Positions 9,106-17,945 of a stretch of DNA of 64,000 nucleotides are shown here, piece by piece. Position 1 is the first letter of the stretch, and the number at the start of each line of letters is the position of its first letter. The stretch comes from a bacterium (GTDB lineage Bacteria; Hydrothermota; Tepidihabitantia; Tepidihabitantales; Tepidihabitantaceae). The position numbers and the translations under genes were made by a program. The notes beneath the pieces are model-generated. The model was given only the letters and a program-made list of their open reading frames with translations. It searched no databases and was not told the origin of the DNA. The stretch spans positions 10,673 to 74,672 of the forward strand of contig DATJQV010000075.1 of assembly GCA_035505375.1 (NCBI GenBank), in the 5' to 3' direction.

Positions 9106-10314
9106 ATGCGCAACGCTTCTGAACACATGGTGAAGAAAGACCCCCGACCGCTCGAACGTGCAGGCAGAATCGCTGCCGCACTGCTGTTGCTTGCCGGCAC
9201 AGTCGCGGCCGCGCCCGAATTGACCGTGGCCTATCACCTCGATGACCACGCGGCGCCGCTGTTCGACGCCTGCCTGTACCCGAAGGACTTCAGCGCCCGC
9301 TACGGCCTGTTCCTGAGGCAAGCCGAGCCACGGCTGAGTTACTCGCTGATAGACGGGAAGAGCAACACTCTCAAGTTACGCCTGGCCTACTGCGGCAGCG
9401 ATTCGGCGGTCCTTGCCGCGCTGCTATCCGGCCGCGCGCAGGTCGGGATCCTGGCATCCGAGGACGTGCTCGCGGCAGTCATCCAGGGGCAGCCGGTAAG
9501 AATCATAGCTCCACTTCAACGCGCCAGCGACGTGCTTGTCGTCAATCGTTCTGTTCCAGCCAGGAACTGGAAAGAGTTCGCCGCGTGGGCCAAGGCGCAG
9601 AACCGGCCGGTGCTAATCGGCTACCTGGGCCAGTACTCGATGGCAGCACTGGGATTCGCGCAGGCGCTCGAATGCGATGGCATAATCTACTCAACAACCC
9701 TACCCGGCAGCACTCCACACTCAAGCAGGCAGGGGTTTGGCGTCGGGGAACTGGGAACGAAAGACGTCCAGCTCATTCAGGCAGATGACCGTGCTGAGCT
9801 GGCAACGGAGCTCTCGTATGGCAGATTCGACGCGGCCTTACTTCAGGAGCCGGCGGCAACCTGGGTAAGCTCGCTCCGCGGGTGTCCGGCCATCGGCCGC
9901 ACCGACATCCTGCCGCCGGGTCGGTTCGAAGACCGCCCTGGCACTGTCGTTGCCGCGACCGAATCAACCATCGCCACGCGAGGCGATGACGTAGGCCGCT
10001 TCCTTGAACTGATGGCCGTTGCGACCCACTACGCGAACAACCACACTCGGAATACGCTTGCGGCGGTCAACTTGTGGCTAGGACTTTCACCAGAGCTGGA
10101 GAGCATTCCGCTCCGCAGCATGGGCTTCTCCTCGCGGCCGGACTTCTCCTTCACCGACGGCATCTGGAACTGGTACTTCGCCCTGCGCCTGAGAAACGCC
10201 CTGCCGCAGAACCTGGCTGGATACATGGAGGAGAAAGACTGGCTGGGTGTGCCCTATGACTCGCTGCTGCTCATTCCGGCGCTCGACCGCGCCGGCGCGA
10301 GAATCATACGCTAG
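9106..10314 (+). CDS. putative periplasmic substrate-binding protein (NMT1/SsuA/TauA-like fold, tentative)
   Basis: Signal-like N-terminus (AAALLLLAGTVAAAPELTVAYHLDDHAAPLF) and an alternating beta-alpha pattern typical of type-II periplasmic binding proteins. There is no diagnostic motif, so the product call is weak. Confidence 0.5.
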   Translation: MRNASEHMVKKDPRPLERAGRIAAALLLLAGTVAAAPELTVAYHLDDHAAPLFDACLYPKDFSARYGLFLRQAEPRLSYSLIDGKSNTLKLRLAYCGSDSAVLAALLSGRAQVGILASEDVLAAVIQGQPVRIIAPLQRASDVLVVNRSVPARNWKEFAAWAKAQNRPVLIGYLGQYSMAALGFAQALECDGIIYSTTLPGSTPHSSRQGFGVGELGTKDVQLIQADDRAELATELSYGRFDAALLQEPAATWVSSLRGCPAIGRTDILPPGRFEDRPGTVVAATESTIATRGDDVGRFLELMAVATHYANNHTRNTLAAVNLWLGLSPELESIPLRSMGFSSRPDFSFTDGIWNWYFALRLRNALPQNLAGYMEEKDWLGVPYDSLLLIPALDRAGARIIR

Positions 10315-10320
10315 CGGTTC

Positions 10321-10490
10321 GGACAAAGCAGAATTCAGAGATCAGAAACCAGAATGCAGAATGATGGAACCGAGAAGCGAAGCTGCAGCCCGGTCGGCAA
10401 TTCTGATTTCTGGTTTCAGTATTCTGATTTCACTATTGTCCGATGCATTGCTGGTTCTGACTTCTGGCTTCTGAATCCTGAGTTGTCGGA
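10321..10490. repeat. intergenic inverted-repeat element of the GGACAAACCAGAA...TTCTGGTTTGTCC family (REP/MITE-like)
   Basis: GGACAAAGCAGAATTCAGAGATCAGAAACCAGAATGCAGAATG ... CATTCTGATTTCTGGTTTCAGTATTCTGATTTCACTATTGTCC. More than 12 copies of the same family occur elsewhere in the window. Confidence 0.65.
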
Positions 10491-10494
10491 CCGG

Positions 10495-11736
10495 CTACGC
10501 TCTGCGTAACTCGCCAGCGTCTGCAACTAGTTCTGTCGGTCGTCCCCGGCTCATGAAATCGAGCAGGCTCATCGTATAGCCATATGCGCCCGCGTTGAGC
10601 AGGCCCACGAGGTCGCCGGGTTTCGGCATCGGCAGGTGTTCATCCTTGGCGATGCAATCCAGCGGCGTGCAAATCGGGCCGCACACGTCCACCCGCCTCA
10701 ACCCTCGTCCCTCGTCCCCCGCCCCTCGTCCCTCATCTAGCCGGTTGAGAAGTCGGGCCGGATGCCTGATGCGCATGAACACCGGCCGCGAAAACGCGTT
10801 CATGCCGCCGTCGCAGATTGCGAACACCCGGCCCCGTGACTCTTTCACCCGCACCACGCGGGTGACAAACACGCCTGCCTCGGCCACGAGAAATCGCCCG
10901 CTCTCGAAGAGCAACCGGCAGTTTGGATTCTCAGCACGAAACGCCGCCAGCGACGCGGACACGGCCTCGGCCAGCCCGGCCAGGTCCAGCTCCGTGTCGC
11001 CCTCGTTCTGCGGCACGCCGAACCCGCCTCCGAAGTCAACGGTCTCCAGCTTGAACCCGATTTCCAGGCTCAGCCGCCGCGCCAGCTTGAACACGTATTC
11101 GATGTGCGTCCCGAGCCACACCTTGTCCAGCACCTGGCTTGCCGAGTAGACCTGGATTCCCGCGATTCTGGCGTTTTCCAGCTTTGCTCCGGTCACGTCC
11201 GTCACGACGCGCTCCTCGTCGAACCCGAACTTGCTCGGGCCGCCGACCATCACTTCCTTGGCTTCGGGCTGCGACTCCTTCGTGTTGATACGAAGGAGCA
11301 CTCGGGGCCTCACCGCCAAGCTGCGTGCGGCAGCCTCGATCAGTTCGAGGTCTGAGGCCGAATCGGCGACGATTGCGTGAACGCCGGCCCGCAGCACCTG
11401 CTCGACGTCGGCCGCACTCTTGGCCGGCGCCACATAGACGATATTCTCGGGAGTGAACCCTGCGGCAAGTGCCGTCGCGAGCTCCTTCGGCGAGCTGACC
11501 TCGGCGCCGGAACCGGAACGCCTCAGGATGTCGCAGACCGACGGGTTTGGATTTGACTTAAGTGAATAGCAGATGTCGAACGCGGGGAAGCTCTGCTTCA
11601 GCAGCCGTAGCTTCGTCCTGATCGCCGTGGCTGAGTAGAGGTAGAGCGGAGTCTGGTATTTGGCCGCAATCTCCTCCAGCGTCACGCCATCCGCCACGAA
11701 CCGGCCATCCTTCACGAAGAAATCATCAAAGCGCAT
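10495..11736 (-). CDS. PLP-dependent decarboxylase of the Orn/DAP/Arg decarboxylase family (fold type III); most likely diaminopimelate decarboxylase
   Basis: PLP-lysine motif YSLKSNPN (compare YAVKAN). The C-terminal motif VCGPICTPLD resembles the LysA CGPLCESGD motif. The GGGFG glycine loop is present and the length is 413 aa. Confidence 0.75.
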   Translation of the reverse strand: MRFDDFFVKDGRFVADGVTLEEIAAKYQTPLYLYSATAIRTKLRLLKQSFPAFDICYSLKSNPNPSVCDILRRSGSGAEVSSPKELATALAAGFTPENIVYVAPAKSAADVEQVLRAGVHAIVADSASDLELIEAAARSLAVRPRVLLRINTKESQPEAKEVMVGGPSKFGFDEERVVTDVTGAKLENARIAGIQVYSASQVLDKVWLGTHIEYVFKLARRLSLEIGFKLETVDFGGGFGVPQNEGDTELDLAGLAEAVSASLAAFRAENPNCRLLFESGRFLVAEAGVFVTRVVRVKESRGRVFAICDGGMNAFSRPVFMRIRHPARLLNRLDEGRGAGDEGRGLRRVDVCGPICTPLDCIAKDEHLPMPKPGDLVGLLNAGAYGYTMSLLDFMSRGRPTELVADAGELRRA

Positions 11737-11747
11737 ACGCTGCCTCG

Positions 11748-11923
11748 GACAATAGTGAATTCAGAATACTGAAACCAGAAACTAGAACTACCGGCCCCAA
11801 TTCTCTCAGCATGTCGTTGCGGGCATTCTGAATTCTGGTCACTGGCTTCTGACTTCTGCTTTCTCCATCCGCGTTCCTAGAATTCTGCATTGTGGTTTCT
11901 GATTTCTGAATTCTGGTTTGTCC
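11748..11923. repeat. GGACAAACCAGAA-family inverted-repeat element filling the intergenic gap
   Basis: GGACAATAGTGAATTCAGAATACTGAAACCAGAAACTAGAA ... TTCTGCATTGTGGTTTCTGATTTCTGAATTCTGGTTTGTCC. It abuts the stop codon of the DUF364-like gene. Confidence 0.6.
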
Positions 11924-12732
11924 TATGCCCTGCGGTATACCTCGATTGTGCTCGTCCCCTGGAAGATATAGAACGGGAACAATTCGGACACGACCGCATC
12001 CACGCCGATGCTCCGGCAGTACTCCTCGCCGAAGTTGGCGCCGGTCTCGGCGAATACGAGCAGCTTGGTCCCGGCCTTCTTTGCCTCTTCCACGATGAGC
12101 TCAAGCGAATCGGTAGCGATGGTCATGCCGGTGACGATAGCGAGGTCGGACTCACGCACAAGGTCATACGTCCTGGTGCCGTCCTCGACCAGCACGCCGT
12201 GAACCTTGGTGCCGACCGTGTCGCGCTCCATGTCGCTCGCCCGCACGTCGTAGCCGCGCGCCACCAGGTCCCGCACGATGTTCCCCACCAGTCCGACATT
12301 CACCACCCGCGCCGGGCGCGAGCAGATGCCCGAGACCAGTCGCTCGGCCTCATGCAGGATGATCTCGGTCCGCGCGTCAGTCTTCTGTATCGGTGTCCCG
12401 ACCAACTGGAAGCTGGCCGCCGGCCTGCGCTCCATGGTTGCGTAGAGCGAATCCAATGCCGCGATGGAAATGCACGTCTTCTCTCCGACCAGTTCCCGCA
12501 CGTCGTGTCCTACCAGCTCGCGGCCCCGCTGGTCGTCGCCGGTGCAGTAGCAGCAGCCCTGCCCGCGCGTCATCGCCAGCCAGAACGTGTACTTGAATGT
12601 CCGCTCGGCCGGATTGGGCTTGAACGCCAGTTCCACCCTCCATATGCCCCTGACCAGGAAATCCTCTGCTGGCGCCTTCTCCATCCTCTCAAACGCCCGC
12701 TCCCGCAATACGGCAAATATGTCGGTCATCAC
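11923..12732 (-). CDS. DUF364/DUF4213-like Rossmann-fold protein (putative; function unknown)
   Basis: 269 aa with ordinary protein composition, whereas the overlapping plus-strand ORF 11890..12771 is R/H/P-rich. Central VGLVGNIVRDLVARGYDVRASD is a Rossmann-like segment. The family assignment is from memory and is weak. Confidence 0.6.
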   Translation of the reverse strand: MMTDIFAVLRERAFERMEKAPAEDFLVRGIWRVELAFKPNPAERTFKYTFWLAMTRGQGCCYCTGDDQRGRELVGHDVRELVGEKTCISIAALDSLYATMERRPAASFQLVGTPIQKTDARTEIILHEAERLVSGICSRPARVVNVGLVGNIVRDLVARGYDVRASDMERDTVGTKVHGVLVEDGTRTYDLVRESDLAIVTGMTIATDSLELIVEEAKKAGTKLLVFAETGANFGEEYCRSIGVDAVVSELFPFYIFQGTSTIEVYRRA

Positions 12733-12930
12733 TCAGCTCCTGACAATAGTAAACTCAGAATGCAGAATTAAGGAGGACGGGGGTCGAGGATTCAAGGAAT
12801 CTAGGGGTCTAGTGACCGGAAGCGAAGGTCCGCATCCATCTGTGTTCATCCGTGTTAATCCGTGGTCGGCAACTTCGGCCCCGACCCTGAACTCCGATCT
12901 CCCGTTTCTGGTTTGTCCATCCATGGCGGT

Positions 12931-14259
12931 CTATCGCTCTGCCATCCTCTGCCTCAGCCAATCTCCGAGTTCGGCCGCCAAAGCCTGCTCATGCTCAAGA
13001 TAATTGTGCGGCGCGCCCTCGATGACGACACCGGAAAACGACAGGCAGTTATCAAGGCACTCGGCAATCCCCTCGACGAAGCCTTGCGCCGGGCCGACAA
13101 AGTACTCCTCGACCGTACCGACCGCGAGGAATACGGGCACCTCGACCGCCGCGAGTTCCGGAAACTCCTCCTGGTCGGTGCGGCTGATGTTGAAGATGCC
13201 GGTCAGCGACTTCGGGCCATAGGCTTCAACGAAAGTCCGCGCGGAAACCGGGCCCTCATAGAACCGCGGAGGCATCAACTCCGTCTCCCGCCCCTGCCGA
13301 ACCAATCGTTTGGCATAGGCAAGCGCCTTGGGGAACGTCGCGCCCAACTTCTCATGAATCCAGCCCTGCGTATCAGCCGGAGAAAGCAGGATGAGCCCGG
13401 CGACGCGAGGGTCGCGCGTCCTGGCAAGGTAATGGACGACCTTCATCGCGCCAAGGCTGTGCCCCTGCAGAAACACCTTCCGGCAGCCGCGCGACTCAGC
13501 GAAGTCCACCGCCGCCTTCACATCCGGCAAGCAGTCGCCAAAACGCTCAAACATCCCTCCCACCTGCACATAGTCCAGCCGCTCCGCCACCTTTGGCTTT
13601 TGGCTTTTGGCCTTTGCCTTTTGACTTGAGCCGTCTCCCTCTTTTGTCTCCAGTTCTACATTCTGGTTTCTGGTTTCTGACTTCTGGTTTCTCCGACTCC
13701 GCAGCATGTCTGCAACTTCTGTCTGAGGAAAGTCGAGCTCCGGTTCCCGCTCGCGCAATTCTGAATTCTGGTTTCTGGTTTCTGATATCTGGTTTCTCCG
13801 ACTCCTCAGTACGTCTGCAATATAGTCGTGTCCGCGGTTATTGAACGCCGCAAATGAGATGCCGCTCCGTCGGCATGCGTCCGCCGCGTAGTCTATGAAC
13901 CGATTCTCATAGAAGTTCCCATCCCACCCGTGAACATGAACCAGGCAGAAGGGACTAGGGGCTAGGGGCTGGGGATTAGGGCCCGAAAACCTCGTCTCTT
14001 GTCCCTCGTCCCTCGTCCCAGCGGGTTGGTACATCCCACTGAGTTCCAAGCCATCGTCGGTCACGATGCGACACAGCTCGCCGGGTATGCTGCGAAAACG
14101 GGGACTGTACCGCGCCGTGTTTGATGCAGGCGCTCCGAGGGACTGTCCCCGCTTTCGAAGTAAGCTTCTCGCGTCGCTCCGTGGACGTGTCCCCTCCCTG
14201 GGACTGTCCCCATTTTCGCGGTGCCGGGACTGTCCCCGCTTTGGAATTGGTGTCTTCAC
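12931..14259 (-). CDS. alpha/beta-hydrolase-fold protein (GHSLGA nucleophile elbow) interrupted in-frame by a ~200-bp repeat-element insertion; true start probably downstream of the annotated M
   Basis: N-terminal hydrolase segment LVHVHGWDGNFYEN (HG oxyanion motif) and C-terminal segment VFLQGHSLGAMKVVHYL (GxSxG). Between them lies LRSRRNQISETRNQNSELRE...LRSRRNQKSETRNQNVELETKEGDGSSQKAKAKSQKPKVAE, which is the translation of two GGACAAACCAGAA-family repeat copies plus AAGCCAAA repeats. The extreme N-terminus runs through GGGACTGTCCC repeats. Confidence 0.55.
   Translation of the reverse strand: MKTPIPKRGQSRHRENGDSPREGTRPRSDARSLLRKRGQSLGAPASNTARYSPRFRSIPGELCRIVTDDGLELSGMYQPAGTRDEGQETRFSGPNPQPLAPSPFCLVHVHGWDGNFYENRFIDYAADACRRSGISFAAFNNRGHDYIADVLRSRRNQISETRNQNSELREREPELDFPQTEVADMLRSRRNQKSETRNQNVELETKEGDGSSQKAKAKSQKPKVAERLDYVQVGGMFERFGDCLPDVKAAVDFAESRGCRKVFLQGHSLGAMKVVHYLARTRDPRVAGLILLSPADTQGWIHEKLGATFPKALAYAKRLVRQGRETELMPPRFYEGPVSARTFVEAYGPKSLTGIFNISRTDQEEFPELAAVEVPVFLAVGTVEEYFVGPAQGFVEGIAECLDNCLSFSGVVIEGAPHNYLEHEQALAAELGDWLRQRMAER
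13625..13830. repeat. two tandem copies of the CAGAAACCAGAA repeat element plus AAGCCAAAAGCC microsatellite, embedded in-frame in the hydrolase CDS
   Basis: TTCTGGTTTCTGGTTTCTGACTTCTGGTTTCTCCGACTCCGCAGCATGTCTGCAA occurs twice about 95 bp apart. It is preceded by GGCTTTTGGCTTTTGGCCTTTGCC. Confidence 0.6.
14064..14235. repeat. cluster of GGGACTGTCCC(CGCTTT) repeats plus a CTCGCGTCGCTCCGTGGACGTGTCCC unit; the same family reappears at 61300..61495
   Basis: GGGACTGTACCGCG, GGGACTGTCCCCGCTTTCG, GGGACTGTCCCCATTTTCG, GGGACTGTCCCCGCTTTGG and CTTCTCGCGTCGCTCCGTGGACGTGTCCCCTCC. Compare CGTTCTCGCGTCGCCCCGTGGACGTGTCCCTTCG at 61455-61490. Confidence 0.55.
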
Positions 14260-14394
14260 GGCTACGATTTTACCCTTCCCTGCCTGCTCTGCAATCGGTG
14301 CGGCCCTGCCCGCGCCGAGCGCCAGGGATTACCTGTGTCGTTACCGGGACTTCGCCGCGCCGACCTTCTGCAGGAACTCCGGAATGCTGCCGAC

Positions 14395-14525
14395 CCAGAA
14401 ACGGCGGAATCCCTGTGTGCTGTATCCTGTCTACTGTCTACTTCGGGCAGTATGCAGCATACAGCACGCAGCATGCAGGTCGTATCCCTGAATGCTGTAT
14501 TCTGTCTACTGTCTACTTCGGCAAG
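14395..14525. repeat. direct repeat of GCTGTATYCTGTCTACTGTCTACTTCGG (2 copies) flanking CAGCATACAGCA-type motifs; family shared with 25445..25560, 25990..26075 and 39218..39245
   Basis: tgctgtatcctgtctactgtctacttcgg ... cagtatgcagcatacagcacgcagcatgcag ... tgctgtattctgtctactgtctacttcgg. Confidence 0.5.
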
Positions 14526-14543
14526 CATCCCGATTCGTGCCCA

Positions 14544-14861
14544 TCACTCGGTCGTCGAAGTTCGTTGCTCGGCGGATTCGTTCATCGCTTCCGGCCACGA
14601 ACAACGTTGTACGAACCAACGATGAACGATGTCTGCCTGCGCGTCATCCTGAATCTGCCCATAGACGCCTTTCGCAAGCAGCCCGGCGTTGTTGAGGAAC
14701 TTCAGCCGCTGGCGTCGCCCTTGAAGCGGCTCAATCCTCACGCCCCGGCCGACCGATTGCAGGATAAACTTCCGGGCGTCCGTGCCGACTCCTATGTTGA
14801 TGAAGTTGGCGACATTCGGCCGGTTCGAGTCCCAGCCCTCATAGAAGCTACGCGACCCCAT
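14544..14861 (-). pseudogene. remnant resembling the C-terminal helicase motifs V-VI of a restriction/defence helicase
   Basis: ORF MGSRSFYEGWDSNRPNVANFINIGVGTDARKFILQSVGRGVRIEP... carries a QxxGRGxR-type motif preceded by PNV...hhhh, as in SF2 helicase C-domains. There is no upstream helicase N-domain. Repeat-dense DNA lies on one side and the defence operon on the other. Confidence 0.3.
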
Positions 14862-15091
14862 GAGGAAAGGCTAAGGTTAAGGCTTAGGCCGAGCCGGTCT
14901 CAACCTCAACCTTGACCTCAACCTGGCTCATCGTGGCGCTCGTTCACCTCGTACCCGACCAGCTCGTCCTTGAGCCAGCCCGAGACGTCGCCGATTCTAG
15001 TCAGGGCGACTTAGCCAGCGACCGGATAATGGGGGAGTTTCCCTCGCGGGTTCTAAAGAACGGTGTTTATCAACCAGCCCACTGTCCATCA

Positions 15092-15718
15092 TTACCCCGA
15101 AAGGAGTTGGCCAGATGCCTTCCCGACCGGTTCTCCCGCAGAGTGGATTAGCACAGTCGGACCTAGTTCCACAGCTTCCCTGCCTGTGGTAAAGGCAAGC
15201 CCGTACGCAGTGCCGAATGAACCCGCGGGATCACCGCGACCTGGCTCCTTCACGATGACCGCCAGAAGTTCCTGGTCTTCATCCAGAGGGTAGTTCCTCA
15301 CGTCACTCTTGAGTGCCTCCAACCTGGGCCTCACGCTCCTCTCATAGGTCGTCCCTGCAAACCCAACGAAGATGAGTTTGGGGCTCTTCGACGCCAGGAG
15401 TTTCTGAAAGTCGTATCGTATCGCAGGGAGGCTGGCTTGGCATTCGTATTCACACGCAAGTTCTACTGACTGGAAACCGTCGGCACCAACTTTTCCCTTA
15501 GTGAGAAGGAAGTCCCACAGCCATTCATGGCTGTTGGTCTCGGGTCGCGGGCAGTTGGCCGTAGTCGGTCCGGTTTGGCATTGCATGTCCTCGGATCGAC
15601 CGAGCGCGTACAGGTACTCGGCGACTGTAGGTTCCCATGTCCCCTCCCACACACTGTGCTTGGCCATGATGGCTCCACACAACCCAACGTACAGCGCTTG
15701 CGCATCAGGAAGCGCCAC
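15092..15718 (-). CDS. hypothetical protein (208 aa), last gene of the SIR2-HerA-GIY-YIG operon
   Basis: Follows the GIY-YIG gene after a 27-nt gap on the same strand. Amino-acid composition is ordinary. No recognisable motif was found. Confidence 0.5.
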   Translation of the reverse strand: MALPDAQALYVGLCGAIMAKHSVWEGTWEPTVAEYLYALGRSEDMQCQTGPTTANCPRPETNSHEWLWDFLLTKGKVGADGFQSVELACEYECQASLPAIRYDFQKLLASKSPKLIFVGFAGTTYERSVRPRLEALKSDVRNYPLDEDQELLAVIVKEPGRGDPAGSFGTAYGLAFTTGREAVELGPTVLIHSAGEPVGKASGQLLSG

Positions 15719-15745
15719 CGAATCCTCCAGTCATGGTCCTTTGAC

Positions 15746-16228
15746 TCAATGCTCCTTACCCTTGTAGATAGAGAACTCCGGTCGTAGCGCTGCTATGGCA
15801 AAGGCCTCTTTAACTTGGCGCTCCTTCTCGTTCGTGTCCTCGAAGAAACGGTACCCACAGCTCTCTCTCATGAAGCGCTTGGCTTCATCGTGGTCATACG
15901 CGCAGTCAAAGTGCACCAAGGCATTGCGAAGCTGCGAAGCGTGCTTGTCTCCCATCAGGTGATTCTGGTACAGGCGTTGGCGCAAGTTCTTGGTTGTCCC
16001 GACATACACGATTCCTGCGTAAGGCCCACGCGTGATAGAGATGGCATAAATCCCACCGGTCGTGGGTAGCTTGCTTGGCACAAGCGTTCTGAACGGCCGC
16101 GCCCGCGACGCCAAGAAGTCGTCAAGCCATCGGCCAAGGGCTGCGAGTTGGGTCCTTGCGCGATCCCGGACGGGGCCGTTCAGTATTGAGTTGGTGGACA
16201 TGATGTGCGTCTCCTCATCCTGCTTCAC
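15746..16228 (-). CDS. GIY-YIG nuclease family protein
   Basis: GGIYAISITRGPYAGIVYVGTTKNLRQRLYQNH contains the GIY ... YVG ... R ... N signature. The start overlaps the HerA stop by 14 nt, suggesting translational coupling. Confidence 0.75.
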   Translation of the reverse strand: MKQDEETHIMSTNSILNGPVRDRARTQLAALGRWLDDFLASRARPFRTLVPSKLPTTGGIYAISITRGPYAGIVYVGTTKNLRQRLYQNHLMGDKHASQLRNALVHFDCAYDHDEAKRFMRESCGYRFFEDTNEKERQVKEAFAIAALRPEFSIYKGKEH

Positions 16229-17945
16229 TCCATTCCTTCACGAAGCGCGGGTCGTCCGATTTGGGTTCTGGGTCAGGCCGCACTACCGAGACTCGTTGAG
16301 GGAACGGAACTGCGTTGCCCATCACGACTGCCTGCCCTCTCGGCAGACCAGGTATCTCCTTGAGTGTCAGCTTGTCCGCAACTTCGGCACCCGAGGACAC
16401 CGCTTTCTGGTCTGCTTCATTCGTAAGCCTGAATACGAACCAAGTGCCACATTGAGCCAAGACAGTCGGCGACAGCTCGCCTGGCCTCTGCGTACATACC
16501 ATCAGCGAGAGTCCGAACTTCCGTCCTTCCTTGGCCAGCCGTTCGTAGGCCAGCGCCTGACGGACGCCCTCCTCTTCGCCGGGCAACTCCCTTAGGTAAT
16601 GGTGTGCCTCCTCTAGGATGAGCAGCGTGGGATGCGTCTTTCCAGGACCTCGCTTGAATATCTCGGATGCATACGCTTCCAAGAGTGAGCCTAGGACAAA
16701 TGGCATCAAGTCCTTTGTGACTGAGCTTAGGTCCACGAGGTGTACACGCCACCCCCTCTTGCCGCTCCTTTTCTTTCCGAAGAACTTCTCTACCATCATG
16801 CGGCTCTCACATGTCCAGTCGAGCTGCGCGTCACAGGGCTCACCTCCCTCAACGTCGACCACATCGAGGAACCTGGGGTCCTCCGTGAGTCCACGTATGC
16901 GATTGACTAGCGAGCAGACGTGTCCATAGAGAAAGGCATCCCGTGTCGGGACGTTGTTTCTGTCTCTCTTGAGTACGTACCACTCAGCCGCAAGACAGGA
17001 CAGCGCCCGCATGTGAGGCCATTGATCCGCCTTCTTGGCCTTGTTGGACCTGATGTCTTCGAGTGCCTTCAGCGCGAGGTCCGCGCCAGAGTTCCGGCAG
17101 TCGTCAAAGAGCTCGTTGGAGTCACGATCAGTGAGTCGCGCTCCTTCTTTGTCCGCTACAACGTATTGCAGATGCTCGACCGCAAACCGGAAAGCAGGCA
17201 TCTGTGCCCGGTCGCTGGGCAGCACCAGCCGCGCAAGACCATTGCGGCCAAGTGCGTAGTAGGGAATCCGATAGCCGCTTCCGAGTTTGGTTACCTTAAC
17301 ACGTACCCCTAGTCCAGATACCGCAGGCGCGTACTCACCATTCACGTCGAATATGATAATGCGCGAACGCGGGAGAGTGAACAGCTGTTGGGCTAGAGCT
17401 GCCACGAAGTGCGTCTTGCCTTGGCCAGTACCGCCCAGTACGGCCGAGTGCCGCGAGAGCAGTGAGTTGATGCCGACGACGACCTCTGCAGTTCCAGAGC
17501 GAGCATCCCATCCGAGGCTGAGCGGCCTGTCGTTCGCTGGCAGTGCATGTAGGGCCACGTGCAGTTCTGCGTCGGACAAAGGGAACGCCTCCGCGCCGAG
17601 CGCTGGCAGCTTCCATGATTCGGCCACGAAGTGCAGCGCTCCATTCTCTCTTTGGATATACCCAATAGACGCCGTGCTCATTTGTCTTAGAGGCTCGTCG
17701 AACGACTCTGTTGTACCGACACCGCGCGTGTGTGCTTCGCGCGGCTCCATGAACTCGACGGACTGCACCTTCACGATGACTAGAAGGGCACCCGTCGGGA
17801 TGCCCAGGTAATCTCCTGGTTGGGCTACCGAAGAAACGCCGCCCTCGTGCGCGGCCACCTGCCCTTTGTGTGTTTCAAGCAGATTGAGGACTATGGTGGC
17901 CCCGTCGACTTTCACAACGTAGCCTACGGCCGACCTGCCTCTCAT
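16215..17945 (-). CDS. herA: HerA-like (DUF87/FtsK-HerA superfamily) ATPase/helicase of a SIR2-HerA defence system
   Basis: Walker A LGGTGQGKT and Walker B TLLILEEAHHY. The HerA-typical MVCTQRPGELSPTVLAQCGTWFVFRLTNEADQKAV is present. The start overlaps the SIR2 stop by 4 nt. Confidence 0.85.
   Translation of the reverse strand: MRGRSAVGYVVKVDGATIVLNLLETHKGQVAAHEGGVSSVAQPGDYLGIPTGALLVIVKVQSVEFMEPREAHTRGVGTTESFDEPLRQMSTASIGYIQRENGALHFVAESWKLPALGAEAFPLSDAELHVALHALPANDRPLSLGWDARSGTAEVVVGINSLLSRHSAVLGGTGQGKTHFVAALAQQLFTLPRSRIIIFDVNGEYAPAVSGLGVRVKVTKLGSGYRIPYYALGRNGLARLVLPSDRAQMPAFRFAVEHLQYVVADKEGARLTDRDSNELFDDCRNSGADLALKALEDIRSNKAKKADQWPHMRALSCLAAEWYVLKRDRNNVPTRDAFLYGHVCSLVNRIRGLTEDPRFLDVVDVEGGEPCDAQLDWTCESRMMVEKFFGKKRSGKRGWRVHLVDLSSVTKDLMPFVLGSLLEAYASEIFKRGPGKTHPTLLILEEAHHYLRELPGEEEGVRQALAYERLAKEGRKFGLSLMVCTQRPGELSPTVLAQCGTWFVFRLTNEADQKAVSSGAEVADKLTLKEIPGLPRGQAVVMGNAVPFPQRVSVVRPDPEPKSDDPRFVKEWSEAG

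Noticed and set aside
11890-12771. 293-aa plus-strand ORF
   Set aside because: It overlaps the opposite-strand DUF364-like gene, whose product has normal composition. The plus-strand product is H/R/P/D-rich, and its 5' end lies in a repeat element.
14121-14915. 264-aa plus-strand ORF spanning the repeat scar
   Set aside because: It reads through GGGACTGTCCC and CTGTCTACTGTCTAC repeats and gives a Cys/Pro/Arg-rich product with no homology signal. It overlaps the helicase remnant on the opposite strand.
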